A stretch of DNA of 64,000 bases, from contig CAZUDX010000001.1 of assembly GCA_964618695.1 (NCBI GenBank), positions 73,843-137,842 on the forward strand. Reading direction: 5' to 3'. The notes beneath the pieces were generated by a model. The model searched no databases, was not told the DNA's origin, and saw nothing but the letters and a program-made list of their open reading frames with translations. The DNA is from an uncultured Candidatus Bathyarchaeia archaeon (lineage in GTDB: Archaea > Thermoproteota > Bathyarchaeia > Bathyarchaeales > Bathyarchaeaceae). Position 1 is the first letter of the stretch; every line of letters starts with the position of its first letter. Positions 53,097 through 61,094 of this stretch are shown in pieces. The position numbers and the translations under genes were made by a program.

Positions 53097-55811
53097 CTAT
53101 TTTCGCCTTCTGAGTACCCAGTAGGCAGCTACACCTATTACGCTGGCAACTGCAACAGCTGCTACGATAGCCATTTCTGTACTGATCAACGGTGCTTCAC
53201 CAGAAGGTTCTTCACCTGTCGGTTGCTCAGTTGGAGTTTCAGTCGGCTGCTCAGTTGGTTGCTCTGTCGGTTGCTCAGTTGGAGTTTCAGTCGGCTGCTC
53301 AGTTGGCTGTTCAGGCTCTAGTGGTCCTGCAGGTGAAGGCGCTTCTTCTACGCCTACGGCGCAATGAGCAGATGAGGCAGCGTATGCTTCGGAACCTTCA
53401 AACATGGCAATTACAGTGTATTCGCCTGGATGTTCTGGTTCCCAAAGTTTCTTGAACATGCCAGTTTCGTCGCTTTTGACCGTGTCGATATCGATCCAGT
53501 TGCCGTTTGGATCAATGGTGGCTAATTTTACTGTGACTCCTTCTATGTCTTGGGGCATTGGTCTTTGCATGTAGAGGTATTCCATCCATTCGTCCATGTC
53601 TGCGTCAGAGATGGCGGGTATCATGCTGAATTTGCCCTCTGCTACTAATCCTTTTGCACCTGCACACTCATCAGTCACATAGCCTTCTATCATTACGCTA
53701 CTTCCATCTTGCACGACTTTAGGTGCTACTGTGACTGTTGTAGCGCTTGGTCCCTTGCCATAGCAGTATATCTGGTTGTCATACAAGTTGAGGTCGACCA
53801 AGTATCCATCTGCGATAACTGGGTCGCTACCCCAGTGGTGTATTTGCCATAATTCCTCTCCGGTGTTTACGTCGATACATCTCAAACCTCTACCACGAGC
53901 CAGAGGCATAGTGGGAGAGTGCTCAGTCGAATACATGAAGAGTTTTTCGTCAGCAATTGCAGCCAGAGAGAGTGGAGAATTTTCGTATGCAGTTTCGAAG
54001 CCGAGCGTCCCACTAGTGTAGTTCCACAAGAGGTCTCCAGTGGTAATGTTGTAGGCTTCAATTACTCCGCCCCAGCCATAGTTAAAGAGCATGCCATAAG
54101 CAACTGATTGGCTCATGCCATAATAGTTCCAGTGTGGTCCGGGATCAGTTTCCCATATCTGTTGCATTGTTCCCATGTCGTAGACATAGAGTTTCCTGTT
54201 CAGTGAATCCGAGAACCAGAAGACAGCACTTCCAACATCCACAATTGGACCAGCTGGCGCTCCAAATCCGAAGACACCGCCGCCTCCTGTTCCTCCAATT
54301 TCATTGTATGGAGGTATAAAGGTGTTGTTCCATAGCAGTGTTCCTTCTTCTCCTGGTGCCAGACTTAAGGCCCATATTGTGCCTGGGACAAGTCCGTTTT
54401 GGTCGTTTTGTCCTGATGTGCTGCCGATTAAGTATTCTCCTTCAATAACAGCTTCGATGCTTCCCGACACATCAGGTATTGAAACGTTTAATGAGTAGCC
54501 ATTGTTGCCGTCGAATGTTGCGCCAAGGTCAGGTCTCCACATCCAATATTCATTAGTTATGAATTGATCTTCGTACCATATGGCTCTGCTTGTGTTCCAG
54601 ATTTGCAGATAAAAGGGAGCTACATCTGGGAAGAACGGGCCCATTGGGTTCGGTGAACCTGCAATGCTGTACCATGTTAGGCTTCCATCTTTGCCGTAAA
54701 CTAGTGTACCGGAAGTGGATGCATTGGCTATGCTGCAGATGTAGTTTCCTGTGAATGCGTCAAACAATCTCATGTTAGTTGGGTCATCTGGCGTATTGGA
54801 CCATAGGTATGGGAAGCCGCCGTGTTGGTTAGGCGATTCATAGTTGTATATTTGACCGAATGAGAGGTAGTCGCCTCTGATAGCGCCTGAGTAGTCGAAA
54901 CCGAAAGGTGGGTTCTCGAACGTTACGTCACCTGTTGTATTGTGGTAGTATAGTTCTTCTCCTGTTCGCAGATCAATTGCGTACCAGCCATACCTAGGAG
55001 GCACCTGAACATTGTAGTAGAGCCTTCCATTCAGAGCTATTAAGCCTGTACCGAAGGGTTCGTATGATCGCCCAGTGTAGTATCCAATTGAACCAAACTG
55101 TCCACCCATGATGCCTCCATCCCAATACTGTCTGGTCCACATTATGTGAGAACTACCGGGTCCATCACTGTAACGATTGAATCGACCCGGATTATCACCA
55201 GCTTGCAACCAGTTTCCTGAAATCTGCCACCAATTCCTGTTAATTCCGCTTATTGGACGGGTCCAGTAACCTTCAGGAAGAGGAGTCTCCCGGTAAGGTT
55301 CTACCGGGTCCGACTGTACGGTAAGGTAAACAGGATCGCTTTGACTGGGCAAATAAGTATCACCGATGTAAGCATCTCCGCCGACATAGTAGCCACCTGG
55401 AGGTACGGGTAAACCAGTATATACGTCTCCTTCAAATCTGAACACTAAAGTATAAACACCAACTTCAGTAGGTGTGAATTGAGTGTAGCATGATCCCACA
55501 GGATCAGACGTATACGGTCCAAGAGTGATTTCATCGTTGGTGGGAGTTGTGATGTCAATATACATGTTGTCCCACCTGTCACCGTAAGCGCCAACTGCCG
55601 TAATCGGGTAGTCATTAAGCCAAAAGACGATTAAGGCTTCCTGATTGACACCTATGGGGTTTGGTGAAACGCTCATGTATGCCCATGAAGGAATCTCCCA
55701 TGGGGGGTCATGCGCACTAACAATAGGCAAAATTGCAATCACAGTAGCGAAAGTCAACAACAGAACGAAAGCAATAGCAGTAGCTTTGGATCTTTTTTTC
55801 CAAACGTTCAT
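53097..55811 (-). CDS. Large secreted PQQ-like/BamB-like beta-propeller repeat surface protein, C-terminal TM anchor (paralog B)
   Basis: Start set at ATG 55811, 10 nt after GAGGAG. Shares sequence blocks with paralog A: GPYT.DPVG, HIMWTR, ESPNQHGG, LFDAFTG, YDNQ.YC.GKG and W.EYL.MQ. Has an (E/T)QPT repeat stalk and a TM anchor. Confidence 0.8.
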   Translation of the reverse strand: MNVWKKRSKATAIAFVLLLTFATVIAILPIVSAHDPPWEIPSWAYMSVSPNPIGVNQEALIVFWLNDYPITAVGAYGDRWDNMYIDITTPTNDEITLGPYTSDPVGSCYTQFTPTEVGVYTLVFRFEGDVYTGLPVPPGGYYVGGDAYIGDTYLPSQSDPVYLTVQSDPVEPYRETPLPEGYWTRPISGINRNWWQISGNWLQAGDNPGRFNRYSDGPGSSHIMWTRQYWDGGIMGGQFGSIGYYTGRSYEPFGTGLIALNGRLYYNVQVPPRYGWYAIDLRTGEELYYHNTTGDVTFENPPFGFDYSGAIRGDYLSFGQIYNYESPNQHGGFPYLWSNTPDDPTNMRLFDAFTGNYICSIANASTSGTLVYGKDGSLTWYSIAGSPNPMGPFFPDVAPFYLQIWNTSRAIWYEDQFITNEYWMWRPDLGATFDGNNGYSLNVSIPDVSGSIEAVIEGEYLIGSTSGQNDQNGLVPGTIWALSLAPGEEGTLLWNNTFIPPYNEIGGTGGGGVFGFGAPAGPIVDVGSAVFWFSDSLNRKLYVYDMGTMQQIWETDPGPHWNYYGMSQSVAYGMLFNYGWGGVIEAYNITTGDLLWNYTSGTLGFETAYENSPLSLAAIADEKLFMYSTEHSPTMPLARGRGLRCIDVNTGEELWQIHHWGSDPVIADGYLVDLNLYDNQIYCYGKGPSATTVTVAPKVVQDGSSVMIEGYVTDECAGAKGLVAEGKFSMIPAISDADMDEWMEYLYMQRPMPQDIEGVTVKLATIDPNGNWIDIDTVKSDETGMFKKLWEPEHPGEYTVIAMFEGSEAYAASSAHCAVGVEEAPSPAGPLEPEQPTEQPTETPTEQPTEQPTEQPTETPTEQPTGEEPSGEAPLISTEMAIVAAVAVASVIGVAAYWVLRRRK
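53217..53312 (-). repeat. 2 x 48-bp tandem duplication built from 12-bp units, encoding the (E/T)QPT stalk
   Basis: Units 53217..53264 and 53265..53312 differ at 2 positions. The translation is EQPTEQPTETPTEQPT repeated twice. Confidence 0.9.
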
Positions 55812-55862
55812 CTTTTTTTCTCTCCTCAATTTTTTGAGGCGGTTCTAAGTAATGTCCATTTG

Positions 55863-55881
55863 TCTACTTAAACATTTTCCC
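55863..55881 (-). promoter_or_regulatory. Candidate BRE/TATA element of paralog B
   Basis: The minus strand reads GGGAAAATGTTTAAGTAGA. It matches the paralog A element at about 15 of 17 core positions. Confidence 0.4.
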
Positions 55882-56170
55882 AAAACCAAAAAAACGTGAA
55901 AATAATCCTTCAAATGATGTTTGGAATATAATTCAATAGAAACAGAACAAAAAATTCAGAGGTTTTAGTTGATAAACGGTTAACATATTATGCTTATATA
56001 TATCTGAACCCGAATATTTCCAGTGGAACGCACATAACATCGAATTTCTTATATGAACAAGTTTCGATGGAATATCTTTTATACTCAACATGCGAAATAG
56101 CTTTTCTGGGATGTTACAGCCTCCAGCATTATTGGATGGATTGTAAAAGAGATAGGTAATGGTGAAGATA

Positions 56171-56479
56171 ATGGTTTATTGTACTAAGTGTGGTACCAAA
56201 AACGATGAGGACGCAACTGTTTGTGTTAAATGCCAACAACCGCTAGGCAGTTATCAACCTACTAGACGTGAACGACGTCGAAAAGAGGATGAGTGCTTCG
56301 GATTACCCCATGGCGGCTCAATTGTAGGCTTAATTATCGGCATAATAATTATCCTTTGGGGCGTATCTCATTTTGTTGAAGAAATAGACTTTGGAGAATA
56401 CTTCTGGCCTCTCATAGTAATTATCTTTGGAACCCTGATAGTTGCCGGAGCCATATACCAAGTCAGTCGTAGACGCTAA
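56171..56479 (+). CDS. Zinc-ribbon / two-TM membrane protein (paralog 1)
   Basis: Start set at the ATG giving MVYCTKCG. Has CTKCG...CVKC, a basic linker, ECFGLPHGG, two TM helices, and ends in RRR. Confidence 0.6.
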   Translation: MVYCTKCGTKNDEDATVCVKCQQPLGSYQPTRRERRRKEDECFGLPHGGSIVGLIIGIIIILWGVSHFVEEIDFGEYFWPLIVIIFGTLIVAGAIYQVSRRR

Positions 56480-56497
56480 ACTTCCCTTCTCTCTTTT

Positions 56498-57226
56498 TTA
56501 GCCAGCAAATTCACAGCCAACAACATTGCATTTTGAACAAATCTGTTCATGATCCCACTGGGAAAGAGAGATTCTAGTGAAAAGCCAAAAGAGAATCAAA
56601 CTAACTACGAACAAATCAACCATTAAACTGTAAACAAATTCATCGATCCCAACCAAGATAAAAAAAGTTCCCAGAACAAAGAAAGTGTTCAGAGACAGGC
56701 GCACAAGATTCCTGAATTTGAACTGGAACAATCCAAGACCAACCCCTAGAATGCCGACTAACACCATCAAAGAACTGTTTTGCCCAAAAATACGCCAGTT
56801 ACCGAAGAAGTATAGGAGTGATCCAGTTAAGGCTATGAGTCCTCCGAGCAGCAGACCTACACACGCAGCACAGAATGTCTTGTTTCTTATTTGAAAAATG
56901 TGGGCAGAGTATTTTCCACAGTTGGGATGGTGTCCCTGCAGAGAAGAAGACATGCCATGAGAAATAAGCTTGGCTGAAATGGACTTGTTGAGGCTCTCTT
57001 TTTTTCCGAGTTTAAGGATTTTTGAGCATTGAGCAGGGGAAAAAACTGCAAGAATTCCTAAGACGCAGATCGAGCTGAAGATTGAACCGATTAATGGTTT
57101 TCGCCAAGGAAGGTTTCCAGTGGCTGCTGGTGGAAATATTGTCAGAAGCGCAATGAGAAGTAAGCCTAGGAATGAGATGATAACTAGATAAGTCACGTTA
57201 GAGTTGCGATAATTTTCGGGGGACAT
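56498..57226 (-). CDS. Polytopic membrane protein with Cys/His motifs (DUF2085-like)
   Basis: 242 aa with about 6 TM helices. The loop GHHPNCGKYSAHIF...FCAACVGLLLG and a C-terminal CSKCNVVGC are present. Lies 12 nt downstream of the radical SAM gene. Confidence 0.5.
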   Translation of the reverse strand: MSPENYRNSNVTYLVIISFLGLLLIALLTIFPPAATGNLPWRKPLIGSIFSSICVLGILAVFSPAQCSKILKLGKKESLNKSISAKLISHGMSSSLQGHHPNCGKYSAHIFQIRNKTFCAACVGLLLGGLIALTGSLLYFFGNWRIFGQNSSLMVLVGILGVGLGLFQFKFRNLVRLSLNTFFVLGTFFILVGIDEFVYSLMVDLFVVSLILFWLFTRISLSQWDHEQICSKCNVVGCEFAG

Positions 57227-57238
57227 GTTGACCGCTAC

Positions 57239-58684
57239 TCAGAATAATGTTTTAACCTGCTTTACGATGCCTTGGGAAGCCATGTAACGGTAGAGTTTTC
57301 TTTTCAGTGCTTTCCTTGAGAAGATTCCACCGAGTCTTCTGCTCCAAGAACCGAAGAAGCTTCTGTAGCAATTGTACAGTTCCTCTTGCACTTCTTTTGT
57401 GGACAGAGTTTCCGTGGGCATGATTGCGTGAACCATGTCATAGTTTGCCCAATTCCAGTCTTCTATCCACCCGTTCCGTTTAGCTTCCTCATACACGGCT
57501 GTTCCAGGAAATGGAGTGAGAATCGCAAAAATCGCCAAGCCAGGGTCCAAGTCATTTGCGAACTCCCTCAGGTTCGCTATAGATTGTGCAGTGTCTTTCC
57601 GTTCTCCGATGATGAACATGGCTTGGGCAAAGATGTCATTCTCTTTCAATAGCTTCACTGCTTTTTTTGCCTCTTCAGGGGTTGTCTCTTTTTTGAATGA
57701 TTCTAGGGTAGATGAACTGTGGCTCTCCACTCCCAATAGCACCCAGCGGAGTCCAGCCTTTCGCATCTTAGGCAAAACATCAGGATTTTTCACCACATCA
57801 TCACATCTAACCTGCATAAACCACATAATATCCTCTGAGAAACCACGCTGAATAAGTTCATCAGCTAGACTGCTTGCACGCTTGCCTAATCCATAGTTGT
57901 CGTCCGTGAGCCAGAGGAATTTGCTGCCATAATTTTCGTAACAGAATTCAAACTCGTCTGCAATTCGTTTCGGCGATTTGATTCGCCACTTCCCCTGCCA
58001 GTGCCTCCATTGAGTACAAAAGACACAACGGTGAGGACAACCTCTAGACCCTTCAACTAATGCATATCTGGTTTTGGAACCTGCCATGGCAGTGAAGTGA
58101 TATTTCTGAACCAGATTCTCAACATATTTGTATCCGGGAAAAGGTAGGTTGTCAAGGTTTTGGATCAGAGGTCTCGGAGGGTTGTGTCTGATTCTTCTCC
58201 TTTTTCTAAATGATATTCCATCCACAGATGAAAACGGCATTCTGTCAGCTGATCTTTGCACCAGTTCTACAAGAGTCTCTTCTCCTTCTCCCCGAACAAT
58301 TACGTCTATCTCGGGATATGCCTCTAAACTCTCTTGAGCCATAACAGTGAAGTGTTGTCCCCCAGCAACAGTTAAGATGTCTGGGTTCACTTTTTTTGCA
58401 ATCTCCAAGGTTCTGGCGGCAGCGTAGGTGTTGCAGGTGGCAAGAGCGCTTGAAGCCACCACATCTGGGTTAAATGATGCTAGGCGTTTTTCTAATCCTT
58501 TCCAGTCTAGTTCCTCTGCGTTGCAATCTAAAACTTGGATTTCTGCGTTCTTGTTTCTTTGTTCGAGATAAGCGGCTAGTTGAAGAATTCCGTATGGGGG
58601 TGGCAAATATTCTCCCATTACAAACCAGTAGTCCTTTGGAGGCTCCACAAAGAGAATTTTCAGCTGTAACCACCGTCTAAACAA
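57239..58684 (-). CDS. B12-binding-domain radical SAM protein (class B type)
   Basis: 481 aa. N-terminal cobalamin-binding-like domain (KILFVEPP...VVASSA...TVAGGQH), then CPHRCVFC (CX3CX2C). The start codon is uncertain (TTG). Confidence 0.8.
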   Translation of the reverse strand: MFRRWLQLKILFVEPPKDYWFVMGEYLPPPYGILQLAAYLEQRNKNAEIQVLDCNAEELDWKGLEKRLASFNPDVVASSALATCNTYAAARTLEIAKKVNPDILTVAGGQHFTVMAQESLEAYPEIDVIVRGEGEETLVELVQRSADRMPFSSVDGISFRKRRRIRHNPPRPLIQNLDNLPFPGYKYVENLVQKYHFTAMAGSKTRYALVEGSRGCPHRCVFCTQWRHWQGKWRIKSPKRIADEFEFCYENYGSKFLWLTDDNYGLGKRASSLADELIQRGFSEDIMWFMQVRCDDVVKNPDVLPKMRKAGLRWVLLGVESHSSSTLESFKKETTPEEAKKAVKLLKENDIFAQAMFIIGERKDTAQSIANLREFANDLDPGLAIFAILTPFPGTAVYEEAKRNGWIEDWNWANYDMVHAIMPTETLSTKEVQEELYNCYRSFFGSWSRRLGGIFSRKALKRKLYRYMASQGIVKQVKTLF

Positions 58685-58753
58685 GATTCGGACTTTATGT
58701 AGATTACATTTTCGTTAGTCTTCAAGATATTAATGGAAGGAATATGTGAATGG

Positions 58754-59173
58754 TTAGCGTCTTCGGGTTAAGCTGTATATTGCTCCGGCAGTGATTAGCA
58801 CTCCAAAAACGATTATTATTAGTGCCCAAAATAACGACCAGAAATAACGTATTAGTTCTGTTCCCGTCAGTAACGCGGTGACTCCGACCAGAAGTATTAC
58901 TACACCAATGAGTAGCCCGAAGATCAATCCTCCATTAGGTAGCCCAAAACACTCGTTTTCCACTCGCTTGCCTAAATCCTTTCCCCATTCTTCAGCACGT
59001 TTCCCAACTTCTTCGCCCCACTCTTCAGCATGTTTTCCTAATTCTTCTCCCCATTTCTCCATGCGTTTATCCCAAGTTTCTTTTTTGGGAACTTCTTCAA
59101 GTTTTGCGCCACATTGGATACAATACACCGCAGCATCAGCATTTTTTGTGCCACACTTAGTACAGTACACCAC
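58754..59173 (-). CDS. Zinc-ribbon / two-TM membrane protein (paralog 2, with EEWG repeat insert)
   Basis: 139 aa with a GTG start. MVYCTKCG...CIQCG, three 11-aa (E)EWGxxxGKxx repeats, ECFGLPNGG, two TM helices, and ends in RRR. Confidence 0.6.
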   Translation of the reverse strand: MVYCTKCGTKNADAAVYCIQCGAKLEEVPKKETWDKRMEKWGEELGKHAEEWGEEVGKRAEEWGKDLGKRVENECFGLPNGGLIFGLLIGVVILLVGVTALLTGTELIRYFWSLFWALIIIVFGVLITAGAIYSLTRRR

Positions 59174-59370
59174 ACTTCCCCCACTCCATAAACGCTTTCA
59201 ACAATTTAGCTATAAAAGCCATTCTACAACTATTGACGGGTTTATCCTCTTTTTCGGCGAGCCAAGCAACATTCAGGGAAGTTGAATATTCTGAATTCGT
59301 GAAACTTATTCTTAATTCATCAAAACTAAATAGATGTTAAAACAAAGTTTAAGCATCCGAAGAAAGAGCA

Positions 59371-59955
59371 GTGGGACAGTTGCCAAAGAAAATACACCAT
59401 TCACAATTAGGTCTTGCTCGTTTCATACCGAACTTAATTGTTTTGGCTCTATTCGCCTCAGCGGTGATCATTCTTGGATGGGTCGGCTGGCTCACATGGT
59501 ATGATCTGGCGGAATGGAACAAGGATATCGGCAGCATATTTTTCGGCGCAAGGACAGGTGAAGGGCTGAGCTTAGGAATAGGGATGAGAATCATCTACTA
59601 CTTCGTAATCGGCATAGTACTCCTTGCCTCGGCGTTATTCCTCTTTCTAAGAAAACGTATCACTCTAAGAAAACGTATCGAAACTACGAAACCAAGACAT
59701 TTCACGTCGATACAACCCCAAAGAGCAAATGAAAAAGAAGGGATGGAAGCAGATTTCACAGTCAAATCTTTAGAGAGGAGCGAGAACGAGGAGGCACCTA
59801 AAGAAAGCCTCACTAAAGGAGGATGCCCTTACCATTTTGGGTATTTGGCAAGTCGTCCCAAGGATTCTCCCGTTCCTCAGGAGTGCTTTGTTTGCCGAAG
59901 ATTGGGAGATTGTATGGTGGCATCGATTCACGTGGAAAATGCTGAAGAAGGATAA
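59371..59955 (+). CDS. Membrane protein with C-terminal Cys-rich domain
   Basis: 194 aa with a GTG start. Two to three TM helices and a C-terminal GGCPYHFGYL...PQECFVCRRLGDC. Confidence 0.45.
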   Translation: MGQLPKKIHHSQLGLARFIPNLIVLALFASAVIILGWVGWLTWYDLAEWNKDIGSIFFGARTGEGLSLGIGMRIIYYFVIGIVLLASALFLFLRKRITLRKRIETTKPRHFTSIQPQRANEKEGMEADFTVKSLERSENEEAPKESLTKGGCPYHFGYLASRPKDSPVPQECFVCRRLGDCMVASIHVENAEEG

Positions 59956-60053
59956 CGAAACAGGATCGATTAGACGATGTCGCCTCAACCCTACTATACT
60001 TTATTTTGATAACTTCATTTAACTCTGCAAATACTCTCGATAGCTCTAAACTG

Positions 60054-61082
60054 TTAACCGGAGAACACTTTAGCTATTTCGTAGAGTTCCAAATCCACAG
60101 TCTTTCGTTTACCAATTACATCCTTCAATAGGAAAGAAACAATCTTGTTTCCCTTGAGGGCAACCATCTTTCCGAACTGACCTTCATGAACCAAGTCTAT
60201 GGCAGCGATTCCGTATCTTGTTGCCAACACTCTATCGTAGGCTGTTGGCGAGCCACCACGTTGAAGATGCCCAAGAACGACAACCCGCGTTTCAATATCT
60301 AGACACCTTTCAATCTCCTTTCCAAGATAGTAACCTACGCCACCGAGCCTAGGATGTCCAAACTCGTCTACACCGGTTCCATAAACGATTTTGTTGGCGC
60401 CTTTGGGCTTTGCTCCCTCTGCAACAATCACAAGACTGAAGGTTTTGCCGCTCTCCAGCCTTTGCTCAATATACTTGCACACTTCATCTATTCCGAAGGG
60501 TTCCTCTGGAATCAAGACAACATCTGCTCCTCCTGCGATTCCAGCTTCTAGGGCAATCCATCCGGTATACCTGCCCATTACCTCAAGTATTATTACCCTG
60601 TGGTGAGACTCCGCTGTGGTGTGAAGTCTGTCGATAGCTTCACACGCTATGTCAACAGCAGTGTGGAAACCGAAAGTATAGTCGGTTAATCCCAAGTCGT
60701 TATCGATTGTTTTAGGCACTCCGACACATTGGAGTCCAATTTCACCCATTTTGTGGGCTACTCCCAACGTGTCATCTCCTCCTATAACAACCACAGCATC
60801 TATGCCTGTCTCTTTGACATTGTCTAAGACCTGTTGGGGACCTCCTTCACGTTTAAAAGGATTAGTTCTAGAGGTTCCTAGAATTGATCCGCCACGAGGA
60901 AGTAACCCAGAAATTGTTTCCAAATTCAGCGGCATATATGAGCCTTCAACTAGTCCCCGCCACCCGTCTCGTATCCCGATCATCTCGTAGCCGTAAATTT
61001 TGATGCCCTTTCTCACGACCGCTCTGATTACGGCGTTGATTCCCGGAGCATCGCCTCCCCCACTTAATACTCCAATCTTCAA
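60054..61082 (-). CDS. pfk: 6-phosphofructokinase, PfkA family, with PPi-dependent signature residues
   Basis: 342 aa. TTG start after AGGGAG. Motifs SGGGDAPGINA, GGDDT (Asp104) and PKTIDND (Lys124). Confidence 0.9.
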   Translation of the reverse strand: MKIGVLSGGGDAPGINAVIRAVVRKGIKIYGYEMIGIRDGWRGLVEGSYMPLNLETISGLLPRGGSILGTSRTNPFKREGGPQQVLDNVKETGIDAVVVIGGDDTLGVAHKMGEIGLQCVGVPKTIDNDLGLTDYTFGFHTAVDIACEAIDRLHTTAESHHRVIILEVMGRYTGWIALEAGIAGGADVVLIPEEPFGIDEVCKYIEQRLESGKTFSLVIVAEGAKPKGANKIVYGTGVDEFGHPRLGGVGYYLGKEIERCLDIETRVVVLGHLQRGGSPTAYDRVLATRYGIAAIDLVHEGQFGKMVALKGNKIVSFLLKDVIGKRKTVDLELYEIAKVFSG

Positions 61083-61094
61083 GTTTTCTCCCTT

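Noticed and set aside
53192-53320. A short-period repeat array, considered as a CRISPR or minisatellite.
   Set aside because: The 12-bp period has no spacers, and the array lies in-frame inside a CDS encoding a TEQP stalk. It is a coding tandem repeat.
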